Source: Acidobacteriota bacterium (GTDB taxonomy: Bacteria; Acidobacteriota; Vicinamibacteria; Vicinamibacterales; JAKQTR01). Taken from it: a DNA stretch of 64,000 nt. The position numbers were made by a program, and so were the translations under genes. Each line of letters opens with the position of its first letter. The stretch's first letter is position 1. The stretch spans positions 151,342 to 215,341 of the forward strand of contig JAPKZO010000032.1 in NCBI GenBank assembly GCA_026393755.1, read 5' to 3'. Under the pieces are notes generated by a model. It was not told where the DNA came from. It saw only the letters and a program-made list of their open reading frames with translations, and did no database searches. Of this stretch, positions 41,865 to 52,081 are shown piece after piece.

Positions 41865-44519
41865 CTACTTCGGCGCCGCGTCGGACCTTCCGGTCGCATT
41901 CCCTCCCGGCGTGTGCTCGTCGGCGAGGTCGGCGTGCTCGGGATACAGCTTCCGGATGCAATCGGGGCAGATTCCATGACTGAACGCCGCCTCGGAGTGG
42001 TCCCGCACGTACTGCTCGATCTGATTCCAGTAACCGCCGTCGTCGCGGACCCGTTTGCACGACGCACAGATCGGCAGCAGCCCGCGGAGGGTCTTGATAT
42101 GAGCCACCGCCTCGTCGACCTTGGCCTGCAGGACGCGCTGCCGCTTGCGGAGTTGCCCGGTGCGCAGCCGATAGAGACCGACGCAGGATGCGACCAGCGT
42201 CAGCGCAGCACAGCCGTAGAACAGGAAGGTCTGATAGAAATGCGGCTCGAGCACGAAGTCGAATGACGCCGGGGTCCCGCTCCAGACTCCGTCGTCGTTC
42301 GCCGCCTTCACCAGGAAGCGATGAGAGCCGTACGGGATGCTTGTGTAAGACGCAGAACGCTGCGCGCCCGCGTCGATCCATTTCCGGTCAAAGCCTTCGA
42401 GCCGATAGACGAACCGCATCCGTGCCGGCGCGACGAAACTCAACCCTGTAAAGCGGAACTCAAATCGCTGGCTCCCCGCCTGGATGTGGTCGCCCGGCTC
42501 GATCGGCCGCCCGTCCACAATCACGTCTTCGACGAGAACCGGGGGCGGCTTGGGGTTTCTCCGCAGATTGGCTGGATCAACCGACGCAAGGCCCTTGAGC
42601 GTCGCGAACCAGAGCCGCCCGTCATCGGTCCTCCACCCTCCGGGACTGCCGCCGTTGCATTCGCGGCTCTTCATTCCGTCGGCTTCCGTGTACGTCGTGG
42701 ACGCAATTGATGTGGCCCGGCCGTCCGAAAACGCCTCGAGTGCCTGCTTGCTGACGCGGAAGATCCCGGTATTACAGCTGAGCCACAGGTTCCCCAGCTG
42801 ATCGTCGACGATCTGGAATGACGTGTCGCTGAAGAACCCGTCGCGCGTGCCGTACGCGGTGATGCGCCCGTTCTTGAACCGGTTCAGACCGCCGCCGTAC
42901 GTCGCTATCCAGAGCGTGCCGTCGTCGTCAAAGTGCAGCGACCTGGCAAAGTTGTTCGAGAGTCCTTGCGAGACGGTGTACGTGTGAAAGACGCCGTCCT
43001 TGAAGTGATTCAGTCCGCCGTAGCTGCCAATCCACAACGACCCGTCTTTGTCCTGCACCATGGCCCTCACCCGGTTTTCTGCCAAACCGTCACGGGTGGT
43101 GTAGGTGACGAGACGATCACCGTCGATGTAACTCAGACCGCCCCCGTTGGTTCCGACCCAGATCCGGCCATCTCGATCCTCGAACACGACACGGACGGAG
43201 AAACCGGGAAGGCCTCGTGATTGGTCATAGACCTCAAACACGCCCTGCCTGTACCGGTAGAGCTGTCGTTCCGTGCCAATCCACAGATTTCCCTGCCTGT
43301 CCTCGAGGAGCGCCCGGACGATCGTGCCGGCCAGATGCCCGCGGGTATCCAGAGGCGTGAATCGGCCGTCCTTGAAGTGGTATACGCGGCCGTTGCCGGA
43401 TCCCGCCCAAAGACCGCCGTCCCGGCTTCCCGTGACGGCGTACACGTCATCGGACGGCCCGAGTTGTGGCCCGTACGTTGTGAAGCTCGCATCCCGCCAG
43501 CGGTCGAGGCCGCCGCCGTTGGTGCCTATCCAGTAGCTGCCCTCGCGATCCTGCATGATGGCGGTCACGTCGTCATTGGCCAGGCCGTCGCGCGAGGTGA
43601 GCGTGCTGACGGCACCTTTTTCGAGTCGAGCCAGTCCTCCGCGGGTACCCACCCAGACGACCGCCGCGTCGTCGACATGGAGCGTCCGAACGACATCGTT
43701 GGGCAGCCCCCCGCGCCGAACCGTGTAGGTGGCCGCTTTACCCTCACGCCATCTGGTCAAGCCCTGGGTGGTTCCGATCCAGATATTGCCCTGGCGATCG
43801 CCGGCCAGGGCCGTGACCGAATCGCCGGCCACGCCGTTGCGACTGGTATAGGTCACGAATTTCCCGTTGTCGAACCGGCTGACGCCGACGGCGGTTCCCA
43901 CCCACACGACGCCGCGCACGTCGGCGATGACGGAGGTGGTGGAGCGGCTGCCCAGGCCGTCAGCGGTTGTAAACGTCGTGAAACCACTTTTCGCGGACCA
44001 GCGGCTGACGCCCCCGCCTTCTGTCGCAATCCAGATCGCTCCGTCGAAGTCTTCAGCCAGATCCATCACCGAGTCGCTCGACAAGCCGTCTGTCGTCCTG
44101 AAGAGCCTGAACTGTCCGTCCTTCATGCTGATCAATCCGCCGCCATATGTGCCAAGCCAGAGTGTCCCGTCCCGGGCCTCGAGGAGCGCCTCCACGTGGT
44201 TGCTGCGGAACTGTGGCGTGTTCCGGCTGCCGTACACGGTAAAGCGGACCCCGTCAAAGCGGACGAGGCCTTCCTGGGTCCCGATCCACAGGTAGCCGTC
44301 GCGTGTCTGCACCACGGCCTGGATGGAGTTCTGGGGCAATCCGTCGGCCGCCTGCCAGTTCTCGTGACTGAACTGACTGATCAGATGGGTTGGAGTCTGC
44401 GCGGAAAGATTGGTGACACAGCCCAGCAACAACAATCCAACGCAGCACGACAGGCACAAGCTCCCGACTGCGGCACTGTGGCGTTCGGCACACCTTGCCC
44501 GGCGATTCGTCGATTTCAT
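41865..44519 (-). CDS. periplasmic beta-propeller sensor (two-component regulator propeller repeats + Y_Y_Y-like domain), TM, coiled coil, C-terminal Cys-rich module; no kinase/GGDEF output
   Basis: Repeated DG.LWIGT..GL..F motifs span ~650 aa, followed by the TM FLFYGCAALTLVASCVGLY. The protein ends LPICASCKRVRDDGGYWNQIEQYVRDHSEAAFSHGICPDCIRKLYPE. Confidence 0.85.
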   Translation of the reverse strand: MKSTNRRARCAERHSAAVGSLCLSCCVGLLLLGCVTNLSAQTPTHLISQFSHENWQAADGLPQNSIQAVVQTRDGYLWIGTQEGLVRFDGVRFTVYGSRNTPQFRSNHVEALLEARDGTLWLGTYGGGLISMKDGQFRLFRTTDGLSSDSVMDLAEDFDGAIWIATEGGGVSRWSAKSGFTTFTTADGLGSRSTTSVIADVRGVVWVGTAVGVSRFDNGKFVTYTSRNGVAGDSVTALAGDRQGNIWIGTTQGLTRWREGKAATYTVRRGGLPNDVVRTLHVDDAAVVWVGTRGGLARLEKGAVSTLTSRDGLANDDVTAIMQDREGSYWIGTNGGGLDRWRDASFTTYGPQLGPSDDVYAVTGSRDGGLWAGSGNGRVYHFKDGRFTPLDTRGHLAGTIVRALLEDRQGNLWIGTERQLYRYRQGVFEVYDQSRGLPGFSVRVVFEDRDGRIWVGTNGGGLSYIDGDRLVTYTTRDGLAENRVRAMVQDKDGSLWIGSYGGLNHFKDGVFHTYTVSQGLSNNFARSLHFDDDGTLWIATYGGGLNRFKNGRITAYGTRDGFFSDTSFQIVDDQLGNLWLSCNTGIFRVSKQALEAFSDGRATSIASTTYTEADGMKSRECNGGSPGGWRTDDGRLWFATLKGLASVDPANLRRNPKPPPVLVEDVIVDGRPIEPGDHIQAGSQRFEFRFTGLSFVAPARMRFVYRLEGFDRKWIDAGAQRSASYTSIPYGSHRFLVKAANDDGVWSGTPASFDFVLEPHFYQTFLFYGCAALTLVASCVGLYRLRTGQLRKRQRVLQAKVDEAVAHIKTLRGLLPICASCKRVRDDGGYWNQIEQYVRDHSEAAFSHGICPDCIRKLYPEHADLADEHTPGGNATGRSDAAPK

Positions 44520-44654
44520 CAGCGCCTTTGGAGCATCACCGCGGCAAGCATCAGTCCTCACGCCAATAGAAGAGATTACTCTCCACGAAGGCGGATTGCC
44601 AGATCGATCGAGACATGCCTGTGTGATTCCAGATCGCGGGCGACGCCGGTGTTT

Positions 44655-45983
44655 CTAGTGCCCGCCCGGGATGAAGCGCTCAAACCAGGAGAAGCGCGCA
44701 AGGTCGTTGTAGACCACCGTTACCATCAGCAGCATCAGCGCCACGAAACCGGCCATCATCATCCGTTCTTTGACCTTCAGGCTGAAGTTGCGGCGGGCCA
44801 CCGATTCGATCGCCATGATGAAGATGTGGCCGCCGTCGAGGATCGGAATCGGCAGCAGGTTCAGCAGGCCGAGGTTCAGGCTGAGCGAGGCCATGAACGA
44901 GAAGAGCGCCAGCCAGCCGAGCGCCGCGTAGTCGCCTGACAACTGCGCAATGGCGACGGGCCCCATCAGCTGGGAGGGAGACGTCTCGCGCGTGAACAGG
45001 CCGCCGAGCGTGCGCGCAATCAGGCCGCTGAACTGGATATTGCGATCGATGCTCATCCGGAGCGCGCCGAGGATCCCGGGCTGCACGAGCTTGACCGCGT
45101 CCAGAATGTTGACGCCAATCACGCCAATGGTTCCCTGGCGCCGCGGTGTCACGGTGATGTCGAGCGGGGCACTGGCCCGCATGACGCGAAGCGTCATCGG
45201 CACATCCGGGAACTTGCGAATCGCCGTCGACAACTGGCCCGAAAACACGATCGTCTCGCCGTTGGCGGTCAGGACGATGTCGCCGATCCTGACGCCGGCC
45301 TTTTCTGCCGGCCCGCCGCTCTCGAGAGTCACGATGCTTGGATGGACATCCGGCAACACGCCGATGTCGCCCACCTGCATCCTGGTCTGCCCGACCGGCG
45401 TCACCGTGATGACCGTGTCGCGTCCTTCGCGCAGCAGCGTAATCGGCACCTCGCGATTCGCGCGACCGCCAATCGACAGGTAGAAGTCCTCCCACGTGGC
45501 CACCGGCTGGGTCCCGACCTTGATGATTCGATCGCCCGGTTTGATCCCGCTCTGTTCCGCCGGCGACTTCGGGGTGACAGCGCCGACGACGACCGGCGCG
45601 TCCTGGAACGCGGGCACCTGTGCGCCCTGCGCGTTCACCACCCACATCAACGCCACCGCCAGCACGATGTTCATCAACGGGCCGGCAACCAGAATGCGGA
45701 ACCGGTCCCACCGGCTGCGTCCGAGGAATTCGCCCGGGCCGCCCGAGAGCGGCTCCTCCGGGTTCTCGCCCGCCATCTTGACGTAGCCGCCCAGTGGGAA
45801 GGCGCTGATGCAGTACTCAATGTCGTTGCGCCGGAACTTCAGCAGTTTCGGGCCAAATCCGATCGAGAACGTGATTACCTTGACGCCAAGCCAGCGTGCA
45901 ACCAGGAAGTGTCCAAATTCGTGCACGAATACGAGGACGCCGAGCACAAACACGAAGGCAACAAGCGAGTTCAGTGAATTCAT
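44655..45983 (-). CDS. rseP: RIP metalloprotease RseP (site-2 protease)
   Basis: Contains MNSLNSLVAFVFVLGVLVFVHEFGHFLVAR (HExxH in TM1), PDZ-like middle region and NLLPIPILDGGH. Confidence 0.92.
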   Translation of the reverse strand: MNSLNSLVAFVFVLGVLVFVHEFGHFLVARWLGVKVITFSIGFGPKLLKFRRNDIEYCISAFPLGGYVKMAGENPEEPLSGGPGEFLGRSRWDRFRILVAGPLMNIVLAVALMWVVNAQGAQVPAFQDAPVVVGAVTPKSPAEQSGIKPGDRIIKVGTQPVATWEDFYLSIGGRANREVPITLLREGRDTVITVTPVGQTRMQVGDIGVLPDVHPSIVTLESGGPAEKAGVRIGDIVLTANGETIVFSGQLSTAIRKFPDVPMTLRVMRASAPLDITVTPRRQGTIGVIGVNILDAVKLVQPGILGALRMSIDRNIQFSGLIARTLGGLFTRETSPSQLMGPVAIAQLSGDYAALGWLALFSFMASLSLNLGLLNLLPIPILDGGHIFIMAIESVARRNFSLKVKERMMMAGFVALMLLMVTVVYNDLARFSWFERFIPGGH

Positions 45984-45998
45984 GACCAAGAGGAACCC

Positions 45999-47192
45999 TC
46001 ACCCTTGATTGTAACCCCGGACCAGTTCCTGGGCGAACTCTCGAGCCCAGGTGTCGGCGTCGCGGACTTCGGCGAGGGTGGCGGCGGTCCGACCGGCATG
46101 ATCGTCAATCGCGCGCTCGATCACTTCGGCAATCTCCACAAAACGGAGGCGGCCGGCCAGGAATGCGGCCACGGCCACCTCGTTGGCGGCATTGAGCACA
46201 ACCGGCAGGCTTCCCCCGGCTCGAAGAGCGCGGTAGGCCAGGCCGAGGCACGGAAAGCGCGCGTGATCGGGCGGCAGGAAGTCGAGAGGGCCGCACCTCA
46301 CGAGGTCGAGCGATGGCAGCGGACTGCTCCAGCGCGCCGGATACGAGAACGCATACTGGATCGGCAGGCGCATGTCTGTAACGCCCAGTTGCGCGATGAT
46401 CGAGCCATCGCACAATTCCACCATGGAATGCACGACGGACTGCGGATGCACGAGGACGTCGATCTGGTCGGGGCCCGCCCCGAACAGCCAGTGCGCCTCG
46501 ATCACCTCGAGCCCCTTGTTCATCAGCGTCGCCGAGTCGATCGTGATCTTGCGCCCCATGCGCCAGGTCGGGTGGCGCAGGGCGTCTTCGGGGCCGACCT
46601 TCTTCAGTTCTGCCGCGGAATGCCCGCGGAACGGGCCGCCAGATGCCGTCAGAATCAACCGCCTGATCTCCGCCTGATCGCGACCGTGGAGGCACTGATG
46701 AATGGCGTTGTGCTCGCTGTCGACAGGCAGAATGGCGACGCCGCGGCGCCTGGCCGCCTCGGTGACAATCCCGCCGGCCATCACGAGCACTTCCTTGTTG
46801 GCCAGCGCGATGGTCTTGCCGGCCTCGATCGCCGCGAGTACGGCTTCGAGGGCGGCGGTGCCGGACGAGGCGCACAGCAGCACGTCGACGTCCGGGTGTG
46901 TGGCCACTGCGAGCAGGCCTTCGGCCCCGGCGGCGCAGACGACGGGGCGCAAAGTCCCGAAGCGATGCATGGCCGCCTCGAGCGCGTGGGCGGTGGCCAT
47001 CGCCAGCACGCGCGGTCGGTGATGTTCGACCTGGGCGGCCAGCAGCGTCGAGTTGCTTCCGGCGGCCAGCCCCACAATCTCGAGGCGGTCCGGGTGCGCC
47101 TCGACAACCGATAACGCGCTGCGGCCGATCGATCCGGTCGATCCGAGGATGGCCACGCGGATCTTCGGGGCGTGCGATCGGACGCGGCTCAC
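45999..47192 (-). CDS. dxr: 1-deoxy-D-xylulose-5-phosphate reductoisomerase
   Basis: Contains IRVAILGSTGSIGRSALSVV, NKEVLVMAG, DSEHNAIHQCL and HPQSVVHSMVE. GTG start overlaps the cdsA stop (GTGA). Confidence 0.93.
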   Translation of the reverse strand: MSRVRSHAPKIRVAILGSTGSIGRSALSVVEAHPDRLEIVGLAAGSNSTLLAAQVEHHRPRVLAMATAHALEAAMHRFGTLRPVVCAAGAEGLLAVATHPDVDVLLCASSGTAALEAVLAAIEAGKTIALANKEVLVMAGGIVTEAARRRGVAILPVDSEHNAIHQCLHGRDQAEIRRLILTASGGPFRGHSAAELKKVGPEDALRHPTWRMGRKITIDSATLMNKGLEVIEAHWLFGAGPDQIDVLVHPQSVVHSMVELCDGSIIAQLGVTDMRLPIQYAFSYPARWSSPLPSLDLVRCGPLDFLPPDHARFPCLGLAYRALRAGGSLPVVLNAANEVAVAAFLAGRLRFVEIAEVIERAIDDHAGRTAATLAEVRDADTWAREFAQELVRGYNQG

Positions 47193-47977
47193 GTCAGCAG
47201 CCTCAGAAACAGGTAGAACCCCGGTCCGACGAGCAGCAGCGCGTCGATGCGGTCGAGCACGCCGCCGTGGCCGGGAATCAGTCCGGAACTGTCCTTCACG
47301 TGCGCGCTGCGCTTCAGCAGCGACTCAAACAGATCGCCGGCAAGCCCAAGCGCCACCATGACGGCTCCGGCGCCGGCAAGCCACCAGATCGGGAGCGCAG
47401 GAAGCCAGATTCGGCCAAGGACGATCATGACCGCCACGCCGGCGACAAACCCGCCTGCGGCGCCTTCGATCGTCTTCTTGGGGCTGATCGTCGGGGAGAG
47501 CTTGTGCCTGCCGAACAGCCGCCCGGCGTAGTATTGCGCGCTGTCTGACACCCACACGACGATCAACACGAGCATGAGGGCCTCGCGGCCGAACATGCCG
47601 CGGATAGCCACCAGACAGCCGAGCGGCAGGCCCAGATAGACGACCGAGAACAGCGCCGCCGCGGCCGAGGCCGGCACGTGCGACGCCGGTTGATACGCGC
47701 CGAGCACGGCCGCCGAGATTGCGATCAGGATGGCGACCAGGACGAGATCGGCAGGCGTCGGCCCAGGCCAGGCGAACGCCGCCGCCGTGACCATGGCAGC
47801 GGCGCAGGCCGGGACGCGCGGGATGAGCACGCCCGTCTTCTCGTACAGGTCCGCGTATTCGACAAAGGCGGCCACAAGCACGGCCTCGACGAGCAGCAGG
47901 ACCACCCACTGCGGCGCAAACAGGACGCACGAGACGACAAGGGGGATTAGAACGACGGCGCTGAGGATGCGAGTCAC
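47189..47977 (-). CDS. cdsA: phosphatidate cytidylyltransferase
   Basis: C-terminal signature SDSAQYYAGRLFGRHKL..ISPKKTIEGAAGG...KRSAHVKDSSGLIPGHGGVLDRID. GTG start at 47977 overlaps the uppS stop. Confidence 0.85.
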   Translation of the reverse strand: MTRILSAVVLIPLVVSCVLFAPQWVVLLLVEAVLVAAFVEYADLYEKTGVLIPRVPACAAAMVTAAAFAWPGPTPADLVLVAILIAISAAVLGAYQPASHVPASAAAALFSVVYLGLPLGCLVAIRGMFGREALMLVLIVVWVSDSAQYYAGRLFGRHKLSPTISPKKTIEGAAGGFVAGVAVMIVLGRIWLPALPIWWLAGAGAVMVALGLAGDLFESLLKRSAHVKDSSGLIPGHGGVLDRIDALLLVGPGFYLFLRLLT

Positions 47978-48765
47978 CGGGCCACGCGAGCATGAGCCGG
48001 TGGCGCGATGCCGCCGTAGCGCCGATCGCGTTTCTGGAAGTCGGCGACGGCCTCCAGCAGGTCGCGGCGGCGGAAATCCGGCCACAACACGTCGGTGACG
48101 TAAATCTCCGCGTAGGCAATCTGCCACAAGAGGAAGTTGCTGACACGCATCTCGCCGCTGGTCCGGATCAGCAGATCGGGGTCTGGCTGGCCGGCCGTGT
48201 AGAGAAACTCACCGAAGCGACGCTCGTCGAGGTCCTCGATCCGGACCCCGGTCTCAACGATGCGGCGGGCGGCATCCACGATTTCGGCGCGCCCGCCGTA
48301 GTTCAGGGCGATGTTGAAGAACATCCCGGTTGATGACGCCGTGGAGTCAACCGCCCTGACCAGTTCCTTCTGCACGTCGGAGGGCAGGCCTTCGAACCTG
48401 CCGATCACCCGGAACCGGATGTTGTTGCCGATGAGCGTGTTCAACTCGAGGCGCAGGTAGCGCTTGAGCAACGTCATCAGCGTCTTGACTTCAACTTGAG
48501 GGCGCTTCCAGTTCTCAACCGAAAACGCGTAGAGCGTCAGCACCTGGATCCCGAGCCGCGCGCAGGTTTCGACCGTGTCGCGCACGGCCTCAATGCCGGC
48601 ATGATGGCCCTTGACGCGCGGCAGATGGCGCTGTGCCGCCCACCGGCCATTGCCGTCCATGATGACGGCGATGTGAGCCGGAAGCCGATCAAAGTCGATG
48701 GCCCGCGCCAGCGCCTCGTCAGACGAGCCAGCCTTCACCCAGGCCAGGAGTTCTTCACGCGACAT
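47974..48765 (-). CDS. uppS: isoprenyl transferase (undecaprenyl diphosphate synthase)
   Basis: Contains HIAVIMDGNGRWA, LTLYAFSVENWKRP, RTSGEMRVSNFLLWQIAYAE. Confidence 0.92.
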   Translation of the reverse strand: MSREELLAWVKAGSSDEALARAIDFDRLPAHIAVIMDGNGRWAAQRHLPRVKGHHAGIEAVRDTVETCARLGIQVLTLYAFSVENWKRPQVEVKTLMTLLKRYLRLELNTLIGNNIRFRVIGRFEGLPSDVQKELVRAVDSTASSTGMFFNIALNYGGRAEIVDAARRIVETGVRIEDLDERRFGEFLYTAGQPDPDLLIRTSGEMRVSNFLLWQIAYAEIYVTDVLWPDFRRRDLLEAVADFQKRDRRYGGIAPPAHARVAR

Positions 48766-48796
48766 GCGGATAACCTGATGGACGCAAGCTCTAATC

Positions 48797-49630
48797 TTAC
48801 CGACTTCCTGCACCAGGCGCCACCGCCGGACGGTAATCAACGCGGACGAGCACCAGGCCGCGCGGCGGTGCGGTCGGGCCTGCCTCGCGACGGTCTGGGC
48901 GGCCCAGAAGCGCCGCAATTGAATCGACGGCGCGGCGATGATCCCCGACTTCAACCAGCGTTCCGACAACCGCCCGGACCATGTGGCGGAGAAATCCATC
49001 GGCTTCGATCCGCACGACGACCGGATGGCCCTGGCTGTCGCTGGTGACGGATTCGAATGGTGACGCGACCCCGGCCGATCGCACCGCCCCGACGGCGACC
49101 CTGGCGGACCAGATCGTCCGCACGCTCGTCTTGACATCACTTCCAGCGGATTGGAACGCCGCAAAATCGTGGCGTCCCTCGAGCAGCCGGGCGGCGGCGT
49201 CCATCGCGGCAACATCCAGCACGCGCGGAACATGCCAGCACGACGCCCTGAGCAGCGGTGGCAGCACGTCGCCCTGCCAGATCCAATACTCGTACGTCTT
49301 GCCCGACGCGCTGAACCGGGCATGGAACTGGTCGGCCACGTCCTCGACACTGACGACCCGGACATCAGGAGGGAGAATCGCGTTGAGCGCTCGCTTCAGG
49401 GTTGGCTGATCCAGCGAGGTCGCAACCCGGGCGCTCGCAACCTGGCCCAGGGCATGGACACCGGCATCCGTGCGGCCGGCGCCGGCCACCACGACTGGCG
49501 CCCCATCAATCCGGCTGAGCGCCTCTTCGATCAATCCCTGAATGGACTGGCCGTTGGTCTGCCGTTGCCAACCCGCATAGGCGGAGCCGTCATAGGAGAG
49601 CGTGAGTTTCAGGACACGGGGCATCGACAT
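48797..49630 (-). CDS. truA: tRNA pseudouridine(38-40) synthase
   Basis: Contains LKLTLSYDGSAYAGWQRQ and AGAGRTDAGVHALGQV (catalytic Asp). Confidence 0.9.
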   Translation of the reverse strand: MSMPRVLKLTLSYDGSAYAGWQRQTNGQSIQGLIEEALSRIDGAPVVVAGAGRTDAGVHALGQVASARVATSLDQPTLKRALNAILPPDVRVVSVEDVADQFHARFSASGKTYEYWIWQGDVLPPLLRASCWHVPRVLDVAAMDAAARLLEGRHDFAAFQSAGSDVKTSVRTIWSARVAVGAVRSAGVASPFESVTSDSQGHPVVVRIEADGFLRHMVRAVVGTLVEVGDHRRAVDSIAALLGRPDRREAGPTAPPRGLVLVRVDYRPAVAPGAGSR

Positions 49631-49639
49631 CCACTCTTA

Positions 49640-50215
49640 CTACTTCCCCGTCCTCGACCCCGGTTTCGTCACCGGGATCCCCTGCGCGCACAGCGGGCAG
49701 GCCTCGGGCTTGTAGGTCGGCGGCGTCAGCGCGGCCAGCGCCGAAAATGGCACGTCAACCGGCGACCCGCTTCCACTGCGATTGATGACGGCGCCGGCTG
49801 CCACCACGGTGGCCCCGGCAGCCCGAGCCACGTCCATGGTCTCGCGGGTCGAGCCCCCAGTGGTCACGACGTCTTCGACGACCACCACTCGATCGTCGGG
49901 TGCCAGGCCGAACCCCCGTCTCAGCGTCAACACACCCTCGACGCGCTCGGCAAAGAGAGCCCGCACGCCCAGCGCCCGGGCCACCTCGTGGCCGATGATC
50001 AGGCCGCCAAGCGCGGGGGACAGCACCGCGGTCGCGCCCAAACCGGGCATCAGGGCCGCCAGCGCCCGACCCAGTTGTTCGGCTTCGGCGGGATGCTGCA
50101 GCACCAGCGCGCACTGAAGGTACGCCGGGCTGTGCAGGCCCGACGAGAGCCTGAAGTGCCCTTCGAGCAGCGCACCCAGGCGCCGAAACTGGCCCAGCAC
50201 ATCTTCCTGATTCAT
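49640..50215 (-). CDS. pyrE: orotate phosphoribosyltransferase
   Basis: Contains EGHFRLSSGLHSPAYLQCA and the PRPP loop VVVVEDVVTTGGST. C-terminal CPLC. Confidence 0.88.
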   Translation of the reverse strand: MNQEDVLGQFRRLGALLEGHFRLSSGLHSPAYLQCALVLQHPAEAEQLGRALAALMPGLGATAVLSPALGGLIIGHEVARALGVRALFAERVEGVLTLRRGFGLAPDDRVVVVEDVVTTGGSTRETMDVARAAGATVVAAGAVINRSGSGSPVDVPFSALAALTPPTYKPEACPLCAQGIPVTKPGSRTGK

Positions 50216-50448
50216 TTCCGGAGCCCCCCGGTGAAACGGCCCTCGACCCGTCAAACGGTCGTGTTCCTAGCCTTCGTGAATGGTCCGGGCTAGTATACCC
50301 GGAGCGGATTTGCTGAACCGTGGTCCAACCTGATCCGTCTATATCCAGAGGACAGTCGTGTCCGAAGGGCGCGCCCGCGAGGACTCGCGCCGGCAAGCCG
50401 GCTGGGCCGATTAGGGAAGTTATCGCACAAGCCCTGGAGTCGATGGCA

Positions 50449-52038
50449 ATGCCTCAACAGCTTTCTCGTGCCGCACGGATCAGTCTCGTCGTGCTTTCGA
50501 TCATCGGCCTCTCGGCGTCCGCCTTCGCGCAGACGTCCGCCCCGGTGCCGGCTGGGTCGGCCCAACCGCTGTCACTCGAAGAGGCGGTCAAGCTGGCCCT
50601 CGAGAACAATTTGAACGTCCGGGTCGAGAGAATCAATCCGCAATTGCAGGACCTGTCGATCGCCCAGGCCCGGACGGCGTGGACGCCCAACCTGACGTCG
50701 ACGGTGCGGAATGGCCGGACGGTCAGCCCCATCACCAGTTTCTTCGCTGGGGCAAGCAACCAACTGGTCCGCGATTCGTTCTCGGCCAATGTCGGCGCCA
50801 ATCAACTGCTGCCGTGGGGCGCCAACTACACGGTGTTGTGGGACGCCTCGCGTGGAAAGTCGAACAGCGTCTACGACAGCCCGAACCCCTCGCTTGCGTC
50901 GAATCTCAATTTCACGTTCACCCAGCCCCTGGTCCGCAACCGGCAGGTTGACAACGCCCGGCAGCAACTCACTGTCACGCGGATGAACCGGGAAATTTCT
51001 GATGTGTCGCTGCGCCAGACGGTGCTGGCGACGATCCGCAACGTGAAGTACGCCTACTGGAATCTGAAGGCCTCCGCGGCGGCGTATGTCGTCGCCCAGC
51101 AGTCGCTCGACCTGGCCAAGGAATCGCTCCGGAACAACCGGTCGCGAGTCGAAATCGGGACGATGGCGCCCATTGATATTGTCGAGGCCGAGGCCGAGGT
51201 GGCGCGGCGCGACGAGGCGGCCATTGTCGCCGAATCGAACGTGCGTCGGGCCGAGGACGCGCTGCGGACGCTGATCCTGGATCCGAAGTCCGCAACCTTC
51301 TGGGCCGTGAAGTTCGACCTCACGGACCAGCCGGTGTTTGCGCCGCCCACTGTTGACGTGGAAGGCGCGGTCAAGGCGGCACTCGAGAAACGGACGGACT
51401 TGCGCTCGGCGCGCAAGAACCTCGATCTGACTGAATCGAACATCAAGTTCCAGCGCAACCAGATACTGCCCGACGTCAATGCCCAGGTGGCGTACGGACT
51501 CACCGGATCGGGAGGCACGGAGCTGACCTTCGGCGAAGGCGGTTTCCCGCCGCCGGTGATCGGCCAGGTCAAAGAGGGGCTTGGCAAGGTGTTGAGCCGG
51601 TTGTTCAGCAACGATTTCCACGGCTGGTCGTTCGCGGTCAACGTGTCTTACCCGATCGGCACGAGCATCGCCGAGGCGAACCTGGCCCGGACGAGGCTGC
51701 AGCTGTCGCAGGCGCGAATCCAACTGCAGAACCTCGAACTGCAGGTGACCAGTTCGGTGCGCGATGTGGCCAGGCAGGTCGAAACCAACCAGAAACGCGT
51801 GGTGTCCACCCAGGCAACCGAGCGGTTGATGGCGCGGCGGCTGGAAGCTGAGCAGAAGAAGTACGCCGCCGGCATGTCGACCACGTTCCTGGTCTTCCAG
51901 GCCCAGCGCGACCTGGCCGATGCGCGGTATTCGGCGCTGGCGGCGCTGCTCAACTACAACACTTCGCTCGTGGATCTTGAGACGGTTCAGGAAGCGCCCA
52001 CGGCGGGCGGCTCGTCGATTTCAGTCGGCGGCCAGTAG
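50449..52038 (+). CDS. TolC family outer membrane efflux protein
   Basis: Signal peptide ..SIIGLSASAFAQ, then LSLEEAVKLALENNLNVRV and two OEP-type repeats. ATG at 50449 lies 9 nt after GGAG; the alternative start is 50443. Confidence 0.85.
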   Translation: MPQQLSRAARISLVVLSIIGLSASAFAQTSAPVPAGSAQPLSLEEAVKLALENNLNVRVERINPQLQDLSIAQARTAWTPNLTSTVRNGRTVSPITSFFAGASNQLVRDSFSANVGANQLLPWGANYTVLWDASRGKSNSVYDSPNPSLASNLNFTFTQPLVRNRQVDNARQQLTVTRMNREISDVSLRQTVLATIRNVKYAYWNLKASAAAYVVAQQSLDLAKESLRNNRSRVEIGTMAPIDIVEAEAEVARRDEAAIVAESNVRRAEDALRTLILDPKSATFWAVKFDLTDQPVFAPPTVDVEGAVKAALEKRTDLRSARKNLDLTESNIKFQRNQILPDVNAQVAYGLTGSGGTELTFGEGGFPPPVIGQVKEGLGKVLSRLFSNDFHGWSFAVNVSYPIGTSIAEANLARTRLQLSQARIQLQNLELQVTSSVRDVARQVETNQKRVVSTQATERLMARRLEAEQKKYAAGMSTTFLVFQAQRDLADARYSALAALLNYNTSLVDLETVQEAPTAGGSSISVGGQ

Positions 52039-52081
52039 TTGCATCATCGCGGCCGGGAAAGATTGCTGTACACTCCCCCTC

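Noticed and set aside
43221-44939. 572-aa plus-strand ORF antisense to the propeller sensor and rseP
   Set aside because: Same reasoning as above: it spans two real minus-strand genes plus their intergenic region, and no domain is recognisable.
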